Assembly: GCA_963745835.1 (NCBI GenBank)
Contig: CAVUZH010000013.1
Location: forward strand, 640,001 to 704,000
Source of the DNA: an uncultured delta proteobacterium
GTDB taxonomy: Bacteria > Desulfobacterota > Binatia > UBA9968
Length of the DNA stretch: 64,000 nt
Direction of reading: 5' to 3'
This document shows positions 9,152 to 19,380 of the stretch, piece by piece (position 1 is the first letter of the stretch; every line of letters begins with the position of its first letter). A model generated the notes under the pieces. The model ran no database searches. It was not told where the DNA came from and worked only from the letters and a program-made list of their open reading frames with translations. The position numbers and the translations under genes are program-made.

Positions 9152-10306
9152 ATGATTGCTCGAGTTCAGAAGAGAGCCGGTATGAGGCGCGGAGTCTTAT
9201 GCGGAGCCTTGATGGTTGCGGCGTTGATTTTGGCAGGTCTCGTTGGCGCCGCGCCGGCTCAAACGGGCCAGGGCCAGGCCGGCGAGTGGGACAAGATCCT
9301 CGAAGCTGCCAAGAAAGAAGGCAACGTGGTCGTCTCGATTCCGCCGAGTCGTAAGCTCCGCAGGGCCATGGAGGTCGCGTTTACCCGCCGCTACGGCATC
9401 GGCGTTGAGTTCGTATCGGCGCGCAGCAGCGCGAGCATTCAAAAAATGATCAGCGAAGCCAAAGCGGGGATCCCCTACGTTGACCTCCATATCGGTGGCA
9501 CCGAGCCGGCCGTTACCATGTTACTGGCTGAAAAGGCACTGGAGCCGGTGGAGCCTTATTTCGTCCTACCGGAAGTCAAAGATTCCAAGCAGTGGTGGGG
9601 CGGCCACATGTGGATGGACAACGACAAACGCTTTATCTATCCCTTCGCCGCCCATCAAATCGTCAGCCTGTGGTGCAATCCCAACGAGTACAAGCCCGCA
9701 GAGTTTCAATCGTTCGACGATCTCTTGAACCCCAAGTTGCAGGGCAAGATCGGCATCAGCGATCCGCGCACGCCGGGATTGGGCAATTCGATGTGGTCGT
9801 ACATGCTTTCGGTCAAAGGCGAGGAGTACTTAAAAAAGTTGGTTGCGCAGAAGCTTTTTGTCGCGCGGGATCTCCGCTTGCTGGGCGAGAATCTAAGCAC
9901 TGCGAAAATCGCCGTCACGTTGGGCATTGGTTATTCCGAGCTGCTGCCGTTTATCAAGACCGGCTTGCCGGTCGTGCCGCTCCCCTATCCGAAGGAGGGC
10001 CTCTACACCACCGGCGGTAACGGCCATTTGATGGTCATCAAAAACCCGCCTCATCCCAACGCGGCCAAGGTGTTCGCCAACTGGCTGTTGGGAAGGGACG
10101 GCCAAGAGCTTTTCGGCCGGACCATGGCGGTCGGCAGCCGGCGTCTCGACGTCGACACGAAATGGCTCAAAGATTTCGGCGTGATCGGATCGAAGGACTC
10201 GCTCACCGTCGAGCAGTTTCACCGACTCGAAAACGACTCCGAAGAAAAATTCTACAAGCTCAGGGAGCAGGGCGCCGCCGCGGCGCGCAGGCTATTGGGC
10301 ACCTAA
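9152..10306 (+). CDS. Extracellular solute-binding protein (AfuA-like)
   Basis: Signal peptide; WDKILEAAKKEG; PPHPNAAKVFANW. Confidence 0.9.
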   Translation: MIARVQKRAGMRRGVLCGALMVAALILAGLVGAAPAQTGQGQAGEWDKILEAAKKEGNVVVSIPPSRKLRRAMEVAFTRRYGIGVEFVSARSSASIQKMISEAKAGIPYVDLHIGGTEPAVTMLLAEKALEPVEPYFVLPEVKDSKQWWGGHMWMDNDKRFIYPFAAHQIVSLWCNPNEYKPAEFQSFDDLLNPKLQGKIGISDPRTPGLGNSMWSYMLSVKGEEYLKKLVAQKLFVARDLRLLGENLSTAKIAVTLGIGYSELLPFIKTGLPVVPLPYPKEGLYTTGGNGHLMVIKNPPHPNAAKVFANWLLGRDGQELFGRTMAVGSRRLDVDTKWLKDFGVIGSKDSLTVEQFHRLENDSEEKFYKLREQGAAAARRLLGT

Positions 10307-10402
10307 TGGGCGGTACAATCGCGCCTGTTTCGCATTCACATCCCTCCCCGTGGAGCACGGAGTAGACTTTTCTCTCGTCTTGGAGTAATTGGGCCCTTAC
10401 CG

Positions 10403-11452
10403 ATGGGAAAAGACAACAACAGATCAGGTTTTTATTTTGAGCGGCCCAAGTGGCGGGCCACCAACGCCGATTTCAGCTTAATCGTTGCCGCTTTCATTTT
10501 TCTCGCCGCGACCGGTGCGGTTGCGCGCGCCGCCGATCAGGTGACGTCGGCGTATCAATCCGTGTCGATCGGGAGTTCCACCCCGTTGTGGATCGCCAAA
10601 GACGCGGGTTTTTTTGAGCGGCAAGGACTCGACGTGAAGATTGTGTTTGTCGAGGGAAGCCCTCGCACTCTGCAGACGCTCATCGCGGGAGAATCGCAGA
10701 TTGTCGAATCCACAGGTCCGGCGGTGCTCAACGCCCGCGCGGCGGGCTCGCCCGTCGTCATTGTCGCCGGCTATGTCAATGTGATGCCGTACTATCTTAT
10801 CGTTGACAATTCGATTAATTCTCCGGCGGACCTAAAAGGCAAAGTGGGCGCTAATCATATGCCCGGAACCGCGGCGGACACCGTTATTCGCATCGGACTT
10901 AAAGCGCTCGGGCTGGATCCCGACCGAGACGTATCGCTCCGCGGTGTCGGCAACACGCCGATGCGTTTGCAGGCGATGTCGGCGGGTGTCGCTCAATTTA
11001 TGGTCGGTCAAGATTTGGAACTTCAGCAGGCGAAGCGCCTCGGTTTTAAGGTTCTTGTGGATTACGTGGCCGCCAAAACCCCCTTCCCAATGGGCGGCGC
11101 GGTGACAACTCAGCGCTACGTGCGGGAGAAGCGTGACGTCGTGCTGCGCTACGTGAAAGCGCTGGCGCAAGCCCTGCAGTATTTGAAGACAAATAGAGAA
11201 GGCTCTATCGCCATCATATCCCGCTACGCGCGCTCCTTGAATCCCGAGGTGATGGGAGCCGCTTTCGATTCTGCTCGACGTCTCTACAACGAGATTCCTG
11301 CGCCCACGACCGAAGGGTTCGAACTCGTTGCCAGGGAACTCGCCCAGCGCAATCCAAAGCTACGCGATTTCGACACGAGCTCTGCGGTGGACCTGCAGTT
11401 CGTGAGAGAGCTTGAGCAAAGCGGCTTTCTGAAAAGCCCAAAGGGGAACTAG
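10403..11452 (+). CDS. ABC substrate-binding protein (SsuA/NMT1/THI5-like)
   Basis: PLWIAKDAGFFERQGLDV; DLKGK; GLDPDRDV; FVRELEQSGF. Confidence 0.9.
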   Translation: MGKDNNRSGFYFERPKWRATNADFSLIVAAFIFLAATGAVARAADQVTSAYQSVSIGSSTPLWIAKDAGFFERQGLDVKIVFVEGSPRTLQTLIAGESQIVESTGPAVLNARAAGSPVVIVAGYVNVMPYYLIVDNSINSPADLKGKVGANHMPGTAADTVIRIGLKALGLDPDRDVSLRGVGNTPMRLQAMSAGVAQFMVGQDLELQQAKRLGFKVLVDYVAAKTPFPMGGAVTTQRYVREKRDVVLRYVKALAQALQYLKTNREGSIAIISRYARSLNPEVMGAAFDSARRLYNEIPAPTTEGFELVARELAQRNPKLRDFDTSSAVDLQFVRELEQSGFLKSPKGN

Positions 11453-11913
11453 GTTCGGCTTTCATGCTGCGCGAACAGCGCGAGCAGCTTTGGATCCTCG
11501 CGGAAAGAATAACTAACCGGCGAAGCTGGGCTGCAGCCCTGCATCCGGGAGCCAAACCCGCCCGGCTTCCTGCTCGACGTGCCACACCGGAGTATGCCGA
11601 CGGCATCGATGTTAGCGAATTCGATTTTTCCGCGGCCAATTTTTTGGCCTTCTCGCCGTCTCCGTTTCCAGCGCTAATTTGATATCCAACTTCCTCGCGA
11701 TCGCAATCAATTATTGTAGTGTCGTACTGAAAACCCTCTGACGATCGCTTGTCGTTGAGAGGATTGGATGGAATGGAGTCCGTGGAGTTCGATTTCCGAT
11801 ACAGCGCACGAGGGGCGGCTGCTACCATCGGAACAACCGCCCCTTCTTGTCATCAATGCAACGATCATCGATGATCGCCGGCTTGCCAGTGTGGCGGCTT
11901 CGCCCGACTCCAA

Positions 11914-12363
11914 TTATTTTTTCGCTTTTTGGTCCACAACCTTGAGGTCGAACTTCCCGGGCGACTCCTCATAGAACAGCGCGCCCTCTTTCGCATCTCC
12001 GCTGCTCACGTGCACGGTACCGGCCGGAATGGAGAGATAGGATCCGGCACCAACTCGCCTCTCGTTGCCGTTCTGGGGCTTGTAGATGTAGGCGCCCCGC
12101 AGCACGACGATCCGGACTTCGTTGGTATGGGTATGCAGCGGATTAGTAAGGCCTGGATCGAACTTCGTGAAGGCGCCGTAAGCCGCCGCATCGTGATTCC
12201 CCCACAGAATCTTTTTCTTGACTCCCGGAACGACCTCCTTGAACTCCGCTTTTTCGGATTCCACGAAAACCGGCTCCTTCTTACTTTGGGCCAGCGCCAT
12301 GCCCAGCGAGCAGGCTACGATCGCGACTCCGACAACCGAAACCAACTTTGATTGCATCTTCAT
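11914..12363 (-). CDS. Secreted cupin-domain protein (DUF4437-like)
   Basis: PLHTHTNE...PAGTVH cupin motifs; signal peptide; AGGAGG RBS. Confidence 0.8.
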   Translation of the reverse strand: MKMQSKLVSVVGVAIVACSLGMALAQSKKEPVFVESEKAEFKEVVPGVKKKILWGNHDAAAYGAFTKFDPGLTNPLHTHTNEVRIVVLRGAYIYKPQNGNERRVGAGSYLSIPAGTVHVSSGDAKEGALFYEESPGKFDLKVVDQKAKK

Positions 12364-12491
12364 AGCTTCCTCCTGTGATGCGATTACGGGCAACTTTCCT
12401 AGGCGATCACTATTGGATTTCGGCTCCGGAGAGAGCCTGAAGGGCGGCTGCTACCCTCGAAACAACCGCACCGTCGTGTCATCCGTGTCAT

Positions 12492-14180
12492 CTATGTAGT
12501 GATCACGTCGATGATCGCCGGCTTGCCGCTCTGGTTGGCTTCGAGCCCGCGCTTCAGCGCATCCTGGAGCTTCTCCGGATCCGTCACCTGCTCGCCGTAG
12601 CCGCCGACGGATTCGGAGACCTTCACGAAGCTGGGTGGATTGATGTGGGTGCCGTGGTAGAGATCGATCTCCGCCGCGATCCCGTCCGGATACATCTTCT
12701 GGTGCATGCCCTGCATCGCGGCGTATTTCTTGTTGTTGAAGATGACCGTCATTGTTGGCAGCTTGTAATCCCGCGCCGCGCCCAGGCTACCGAGAGCCGG
12801 GTTGTACAGGAACGCGCCGTCACCGATCAAGGTCACGACCTGCCGTTCCGGCTTCCCCAGCTTGATTCCGAGCGAAAGACCCAGCCCTTGTCCGAGACCG
12901 CCTTGCCGGGTGAACAGACACTGCGGGTCGTTCCATACGAGATGTTGTCGCAGAGTCGCGGTGTGAGTGGTGACCTCGTCAATGTAGATCGTATCTCTCG
13001 GCATTACGGCGTTTAGAGAAGCGCACAGCCACACCGGATCGATCGGTGTCTTCTTGCGCGCCGCCGCCTGCGCCGCATTTCTTTTCTCGACCAGCGCATC
13101 GTGCGCCGCCGCGAGCTCCTTCCGTCTTGCCTCCACTAGAGCCTTGTCAACTTTGGCGGCGTTCGCCAGATCGCGCAGCGTCTGCGCCGCGTTGCCTTCG
13201 AGGTACATGTCGGCCTGATGGCTCTGATAGACCATGGCCGAGTTGTGCGGCGCCTCGTCCACCATGGCGACGACGGCTTTGGACGGGCGGTTGCTCGGCG
13301 GATACCAGGGTGCGCGTGACCGCACCACGATCGCCAGGTCCATGTCGGTCCAGAAAGGTTTGATGTCGGTTCCCTGATAAAGCGGATGATCCTTGGGGAA
13401 GTTCGCGAACAGAGCGCCGGCCTTCTCGACCACCGGCAGAGCGAACTTCTCGCACAGCGCCACCAGTGCCTCATAGGTTTCGACCTCCTGGCCGGCGCCC
13501 TCGGTGAGCACGACCGGGTGCTTCGCCTTGGAGAGCTGGGCGGCGAGCTTTTCGATATCCTCCGGCGCCGTCAGCATGCGCGGCGCGGGCGGAACCTTGC
13601 GCGGATTGGCCGGCGGTGTCCAGCCATCCATTAGAGTTTCCGTCGAAACGGACAGATAAGTGGGTCCTGTCGGTTGCCGCTGCGCCAGCTCTCCGGCGCG
13701 GATGACGCTTTCATAGAGCGTGTAGGCGCTGCCCGCGACCGAAGAATACTTGACGATCGTATCGACCAGGCTCGTCGTACCGCCGACGATGCTAAGATTG
13801 TTGATCCACTGGGCGCCCGGATCGAACTCCGGTTGCTCACCATAGGTCATCGACTCTCCGGAGATCACCACCATCGGAACTCCGCTGACAAAGGCGCCGT
13901 GGATGCCCATGGCGCCCTGCAGCAGGCCGGCGCCCGCGTGCAGCAACACCGCCTGCATCTTCCCCGTGGCCAGGGTGTAGCCCGCCGCGATGTCTACGGC
14001 AAGCGTTTCATGCCACACATCCAGCAGCTTCGGGCCTTCCTTCTTCCGGTGGATCTGGTCGGCCATCGCTTCCCACACGGGCGCCCATTCGGTACCCGGC
14101 GAGGACAGAATGTACTCGACTCCGAGCTTGCGAAATGCTTCGACTAAGGCGCTGCCGCCATCGAACTGGTTTTTTTTCAT
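12492..14180 (-). CDS. Thiamine-pyrophosphate-dependent enzyme
   Basis: SPGTE, WHE; GDGAFLY...NN TPP-binding motif. Confidence 0.92.
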   Translation of the reverse strand: MKKNQFDGGSALVEAFRKLGVEYILSSPGTEWAPVWEAMADQIHRKKEGPKLLDVWHETLAVDIAAGYTLATGKMQAVLLHAGAGLLQGAMGIHGAFVSGVPMVVISGESMTYGEQPEFDPGAQWINNLSIVGGTTSLVDTIVKYSSVAGSAYTLYESVIRAGELAQRQPTGPTYLSVSTETLMDGWTPPANPRKVPPAPRMLTAPEDIEKLAAQLSKAKHPVVLTEGAGQEVETYEALVALCEKFALPVVEKAGALFANFPKDHPLYQGTDIKPFWTDMDLAIVVRSRAPWYPPSNRPSKAVVAMVDEAPHNSAMVYQSHQADMYLEGNAAQTLRDLANAAKVDKALVEARRKELAAAHDALVEKRNAAQAAARKKTPIDPVWLCASLNAVMPRDTIYIDEVTTHTATLRQHLVWNDPQCLFTRQGGLGQGLGLSLGIKLGKPERQVVTLIGDGAFLYNPALGSLGAARDYKLPTMTVIFNNKKYAAMQGMHQKMYPDGIAAEIDLYHGTHINPPSFVKVSESVGGYGEQVTDPEKLQDALKRGLEANQSGKPAIIDVITT

Positions 14181-14583
14181 GTTTGGTCTCCCTGAACTGC
14201 TTTTTGATGGGTGTATTATCTCACGCCTGAACACGCAAGACCCTGGCGCGCTCCCCGAGATTAATGGAAAAAAATTCAGCAACAGCCCAGTCGCGCAATC
14301 CTGATTTGCTACAATGCTGGAGCCTAGGCGAGCAGCTTCTTGACCTCGGCCGCTACTGCACTGCCGGAGAAAATCACCGGTCGGACGATTACTTTAGACT
14401 TTGTTGTTTTTTTGTTCAGCCCGCACACGCACTAAATTCACTGCCCAATTTGTTCCTCGCGAATCGCGGCGCCGTCGCCCCGGACGCGCAGCTTGGCGCA
14501 GGCGATTTGCGACGCGCCGACGCATCCAGGTGACTTTGTATTCATGAGCAACCCTGAGCTCTCCCGTTGTACGAATTCATTCC

Positions 14584-15495
14584 CTACGGCTCTAATTGGA
14601 ATCGCCTTCCCGGAGGATTCCCCGCCTGGTACTGCAATAGCTTCACGCGCGCGACAGAGACATCGCTGCAAACCTTCCGAATGTTTATCAGCTCGGTCGG
14701 CGCGTCCCACTCGCTCTTCGACTCGCAGCCGACTAGGGCGCAGGTGGTTTTCCTGAGCCAGGAGCACACTGTCACGTCGCGGCCCGCTGCATCCACGATC
14801 TCGGTCTCATATCGGGCACCGGGCTTGTCGTTGCCATGCTGCAAATGCACGCGTTGCACCATCGTGTAGAAAACGCCGTCAACCTCGAGCAAGCTCAACA
14901 CCTTCTCCACGAACTGAGACAAATCTTCGGTATAAGAGAAGCCACCGTACACGTCGCTAATAATCTGGAATTTTCCAAGCTCCTCGCGCGAATACTGCCG
15001 CAGGCGCTTGCCGGAGAGATATCGTATACGGTCTTCGCCTAAGCTCGCGGCCTGCTGTTGCCACTTCTCCGTCCGCCGGTCCTCTATCGACATCGCCACC
15101 GCGCGCGCCCTGCCGCGATACCCGGTGCATTTTGCGATCGGCGGCGCGCCGCCTACGGGTGCATAGTAGTCCAGTATCGCCTGGCCATTGCCTGCGCCGA
15201 TATCCAGCCACCGGTCCGAGCTGCTCAGACTAGCGAGCGCATCGCAGAAACCGTAGGGAAGAATTTCCACGTAGTCCGAGAGCGCTCGGTTGGTAACGTA
15301 ACCGCTGGGAACGTCGCCGCCCCGGCTACCATAAATTTTCTCCTGCTTTGCGATCTCCTCGTCCGTCCGGAGTGAAGCGGATTCCTGTGGCCAGCCAACT
15401 TCCATCCCAAGCACCTGCACGACGATAACCATCAGAACGGCCAGGCCCATCGCCGCGCCCTTCCATCCTTTCGATGATATTTTGAGTGAAAACAT
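14584..15495 (-). CDS. Signal-peptide-bearing SAM-methyltransferase-like protein, copy 2
   Basis: WLDIGAGNGQA; colinear paralog of 6950-7858. Confidence 0.75.
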   Translation of the reverse strand: MFSLKISSKGWKGAAMGLAVLMVIVVQVLGMEVGWPQESASLRTDEEIAKQEKIYGSRGGDVPSGYVTNRALSDYVEILPYGFCDALASLSSSDRWLDIGAGNGQAILDYYAPVGGAPPIAKCTGYRGRARAVAMSIEDRRTEKWQQQAASLGEDRIRYLSGKRLRQYSREELGKFQIISDVYGGFSYTEDLSQFVEKVLSLLEVDGVFYTMVQRVHLQHGNDKPGARYETEIVDAAGRDVTVCSWLRKTTCALVGCESKSEWDAPTELINIRKVCSDVSVARVKLLQYQAGNPPGRRFQLEP

Positions 15496-15500
15496 GATGT

Positions 15501-16580
15501 TTACTTTCTCCTCCCGTTGAAAAAGATCCCGTTCTTAAGAGCGTCCTCAAAGCTGTTCCAGGCATAGTCGATGCTGCCAGTGGCCGCAAGACCGAAGGCT
15601 GAGGCGGTTAGTGCGCTAACGAATGCGATCTGCGCTTCCTCCGTATCATCGGGCCTGTCTTCGAAGGCGCGCAGCGTGTACTGGTTGGGATACTGTGCAT
15701 CTTCGTGGACCGTGTCTCGTATGGAAATCTCGCCTACGGCGCCCGGAATGAATCGGAAAAATTGGCCGCGGTTGCGGGTGGGCCAAATGTCCTCGTCGGC
15801 GCCGATCAGCATAACTGGAACTTTGATTCGATTCAGGAATTGCCGCAATTGCCGGCCAATCCCGGCGGGATCGAGAAGGACGCCTCCCCGAGCCGGGGCG
15901 CCTTCTCCCAACGCAGTGGCGACAGCGGTCGCGCCGAATGAGTGGCCCACAAGGATTATCTTGTCCGGGTCTATATGCTCATCGACGAGCTGAGGCGTCC
16001 GCTGAATGGTTTCGACCAGCCTGGCAAGAGTTCTGCCGTTGGCGCTCCACGGGCCGCCATTGGGCAAATCAATGGCAAGGCCGTGCATGCCCCAGGATGC
16101 CAAGTGCATCGCTTGGAAGGCGTGGTCCTCTTTGGAGTTGTCGAGACCATGCAACACGATCAACAGCGGAGCCTTGCGCGCCGCTGCGCACAGGTATAGG
16201 TCCGCTTCCACCGTGAGACCCGAAACCAGCGGGATTTCCAGATCCCTGCGCTCGATGACCGTAAAGGGTCCACGCGACCTGAACTGCGCCACATCGGGCT
16301 TGCGGGAGAGTAGATACCGTTGGAGCTCGGCGGGGTTTGCAGCCTTTATCGGCGTGACTTCGGTCACCGGAAAGCGGCGAGCACAGCCGACAAAATGCGC
16401 CATAAACGCGATCAGCAGAAGGGCTGGAATGCAAAAACCTGATCGCGCGAGCCCCGCTGCGGTTCCTGGCGCGTTACTCCAGAACGACTCAGGTCGAAAT
16501 TTTGATAGCCTGCTGAAAAAGGCCGACCGCATCAGAACGGATAAATTATGAAAGCTGAAAGCAGAAATTTCCGTTTTCAC
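15501..16580 (-). CDS. Alpha/beta hydrolase lipoprotein, copy 2 (start uncertain)
   Basis: GHSFG, lipobox FVGC; the codon matching copy 1's GTG start is GCG (16470-16472). Confidence 0.82.
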   Translation of the reverse strand: MKTEISAFSFHNLSVLMRSAFFSRLSKFRPESFWSNAPGTAAGLARSGFCIPALLLIAFMAHFVGCARRFPVTEVTPIKAANPAELQRYLLSRKPDVAQFRSRGPFTVIERRDLEIPLVSGLTVEADLYLCAAARKAPLLIVLHGLDNSKEDHAFQAMHLASWGMHGLAIDLPNGGPWSANGRTLARLVETIQRTPQLVDEHIDPDKIILVGHSFGATAVATALGEGAPARGGVLLDPAGIGRQLRQFLNRIKVPVMLIGADEDIWPTRNRGQFFRFIPGAVGEISIRDTVHEDAQYPNQYTLRAFEDRPDDTEEAQIAFVSALTASAFGLAATGSIDYAWNSFEDALKNGIFFNGRRK

Positions 16581-16882
16581 CCTTCCGCTTTCATCCTTGT
16601 CTTTCCGCGGCTCGCATCAGTCTGAATCTGAGCTTCAACTCTCTTGAATCTTGACATTTCTACTTTCGATTTTGCTCTTATAGCAGTTCGACATGATTCG
16701 GTTAAGCCTTGAAGTGGAATTGGGCAACTCAATAGTCTTGACGAACCCTTCATTCACTCTTTTCTCATAGGAAGCGCTTCTTGATCCTCGGGCGATCATC
16801 CATGCGCTGGAAACGCGCGGCAATGATATTGAGATCTCTCGCGCGTGTTGACCCGTGGCTGGGATTACGTTTGAATTTAGCG

Positions 16883-17896
16883 ATGCACAAACAGATTGCG
16901 CTGCTTTTGATAATTTTACTCGGCGCTGGATTGAACGGCTTTGCTCAAACCGACTCGACACCAGGCGCGCCGACCGCAGCTATCGTCGCAGCCACGAAGA
17001 AATTCCTCGCGACGCTTAACGATACGCAGCGTGGCAAGATCGTCTTCGATTTCAAAGACGAGGCGCAACGCAAGCGCTGGTCGAATCTTCCCGCGGCAAC
17101 CTTCAAACGGCAGGGTTTGCGCATGGGCGACCTGACAAAGCCGCAGCGCGAGGCGGTGCTGGGGGTCTTGGCAGCGGCGTTGAGTCCGCAGGGATACACG
17201 AAAATTCTGCAGATCGTCGAGGCTGACGAGGTACTGAAGAACTCGGGCGGTCAGACGATGTTCGGGCGCGATGAATATTATCTCTCGTTTCTCGGCCAGC
17301 CTTCCACCACCGAGCCGTGGATGATTCAGTTCGGCGGGCACCATCTCGGTCTCAACATCACGCTTGCCGGCGAGCAGCGCACGCTCGCGCCGAGCCACAC
17401 CGGCGCGCAGCCGGCGATTTACGAGCTCGAAGGCAAGACGGTGCGCCCGCTCGGTCGCGAGACCGACAAGGCGTTTGCGCTGCTTAGCTCGCTGAACGAA
17501 GCGCAACGCAAGCAGGCCATTCTTGACTTTCAGATGCGCGACCTTGTGCTCGGACCCGGCCGCGACGGCCAGACGATTCAGCCGGAAGGAGTCAAAGGCT
17601 CGAGCTTGAACGAGAAACAGCGCGAGATGTTGCTGGATCTCGCCGGCGAATGGACCGGCATACTTCACGAAGCGGTTGCGAAATCGAAAATGCACGAGAT
17701 GAGAAAAAATATCGCCGAAACTTACTTCGCATGGAGCGGCCCAACTGAAAAAGGCAGCGCCGCTTACTTCCGCATCCAAGGGCCAACGGTCATCATCGAA
17801 TACGCGCCGCAGCGCCTGGGCGGCGACGCGACCAAGCACATTCACACGATTTACCGCGATCCAACCAACGATTACGGATTAAAATGGAAGCCGTGA
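16883..17896 (+). CDS. Secreted DUF3500-family protein
   Basis: RWSNLP, QFGGHHLGLN, YFAWSG, HIHTIYRDPTNDYG. Confidence 0.85.
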   Translation: MHKQIALLLIILLGAGLNGFAQTDSTPGAPTAAIVAATKKFLATLNDTQRGKIVFDFKDEAQRKRWSNLPAATFKRQGLRMGDLTKPQREAVLGVLAAALSPQGYTKILQIVEADEVLKNSGGQTMFGRDEYYLSFLGQPSTTEPWMIQFGGHHLGLNITLAGEQRTLAPSHTGAQPAIYELEGKTVRPLGRETDKAFALLSSLNEAQRKQAILDFQMRDLVLGPGRDGQTIQPEGVKGSSLNEKQREMLLDLAGEWTGILHEAVAKSKMHEMRKNIAETYFAWSGPTEKGSAAYFRIQGPTVIIEYAPQRLGGDATKHIHTIYRDPTNDYGLKWKP

Positions 17897-18456
17897 TCCG
17901 GACACTTCGTAATCTGCCGCTGCTGTTCGCGTTGATCGCGTTTCCGCCCGCCGTTTTCGCGCATCGGGATGACCAATATCTGCAAGCGACGCTTGTGGCC
18001 ATCGAACCGAGCGTTGTCCGGCTGCAAATCAACCTTACGCCGGGCGTCGCTGTCGCCGAACGGGTAATCGCCGAGATCGACCGCGATCACGACGGCGCGA
18101 TTTCCAAAAACGAAGCCGCAGCCTATGCCGAGTTGCTGAAGCGTGATCTCACGCTGCGCATCGACGGGCGAGATTTAGAGTTGAAACTCACCGGGTCCGA
18201 ATTCGTCGGGCCTACGGAGCTGCGCACCGGTTCGGGAACCATTCAGATGGAATTCTCCGCGATCTTCGGCCTGCCGGCGACCGGTCCCCACAGGCTCACG
18301 TTGGAGAACCGGCATTCAACCGCAATGAGTGTTTATCTCATCAACGCTGCTCGGCCCAGGTTTGCCACGGTCCAGATCACCAGACAAAAACGCAACCAGA
18401 ACCAGAGCGCCGGCGAAATCGAATTTACCCTTTCATCCGTTGCGCCCCAAAGATAA
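17893..18456 (+). CDS. Secreted hypothetical protein with an EF-hand-like loop
   Basis: Signal peptide; DRDHDGAISKNE; GTGA overlap with the upstream stop. Confidence 0.7.
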   Translation: MIRTLRNLPLLFALIAFPPAVFAHRDDQYLQATLVAIEPSVVRLQINLTPGVAVAERVIAEIDRDHDGAISKNEAAAYAELLKRDLTLRIDGRDLELKLTGSEFVGPTELRTGSGTIQMEFSAIFGLPATGPHRLTLENRHSTAMSVYLINAARPRFATVQITRQKRNQNQSAGEIEFTLSSVAPQR

Positions 18457-18654
18457 CTGAATCCGTTGCGCGGCCTTTAAGTGGATGAGGTGACAACAAG
18501 CAGAACAAACTTCAGTTTCGATTCTGAATAGGTAGGGGAAATGGCGAAACCTGAAATGTTCACCTCACCTGGCAATGCCGAATTAACATAGAGAAGAAAA
18601 ATTGTCCGGCGGTGAAATAGTCGAACGAGTACTCGCGCCCGGCCAGCCTATCGT

Positions 18655-18972
18655 CTATCCAGCTTTTAATTCCCGCTGCAAACGCTCAGCCAGCCAAATA
18701 CGAGCAAGAGTCGTTGCATCCGTGGTGCGCTCGCGCGCGAGCTTGCTGAGCACCGCCTTCATGGCCGGTGGAAGCCGCATGTTGAGCTGGGCGGTGTTGT
18801 CCTGGAAGATCGCTTCATGGAGAACCGCGTCTAAATCGGTATGGTTTTCAATTATTTCAGATACGCCAGCTTCCAAACGATCAAATACATCATTGGATTT
18901 TGTCCAGCGGATAATCTCATTATCGCTAGCGTCCCTACTTAATCGGGAAATTTTTCTTCTAGGTTTTTTCAT
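18655..18972 (-). CDS. Putative antitoxin (BrnA/CopG ribbon-helix-helix)
   Basis: QLNMRLPPAMKAVLSKLA...TTLARIWLAERL. Confidence 0.7.
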   Translation of the reverse strand: MKKPRRKISRLSRDASDNEIIRWTKSNDVFDRLEAGVSEIIENHTDLDAVLHEAIFQDNTAQLNMRLPPAMKAVLSKLARERTTDATTLARIWLAERLQRELKAG

Positions 18973-19226
18973 TTCCGGTACCTTCGATAGCGCTTTTTCT
19001 GTGCTTCTGTCATGGAGTTGATATGGAATACCCGTAGCGTGCGATCGGGCAACACCGGATAAATCACATGGAGATAGGTTCCACTTAGGCTTCTTCCGAG
19101 TAACTCATAAACATCATCGAGTCCGCGCTGGCTTCTGATCTTTAAATATTTTGTCGCCAATAATCCATAGAAATCTTGCTCGGCATAGCCACACCGAAAC
19201 GCGGAAGCGGAGAAACTCACTTCCAT
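18969..19226 (-). CDS. Putative BrnT/RelE-like toxin
   Basis: YELLGRSLSGTYLHVIY...RVFHINSMTEAQKKRY; ATGA coupling to the antitoxin. Confidence 0.65.
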   Translation of the reverse strand: MEVSFSASAFRCGYAEQDFYGLLATKYLKIRSQRGLDDVYELLGRSLSGTYLHVIYPVLPDRTLRVFHINSMTEAQKKRYRRYRK

Positions 19227-19380
19227 CGTTTGGATTGAAGCAGTTGCTATACTTCGCAAACTCTAATGACAAACGCTGCGGCAGACTCACCCCAAGTCCC
19301 AACTCTCGGCAGAGCGCGTAGGCTATTATCCTTGACCTGAAAGGGCAATTGTTATTAGCGTCAGCCGACCTTCCGGAAGT

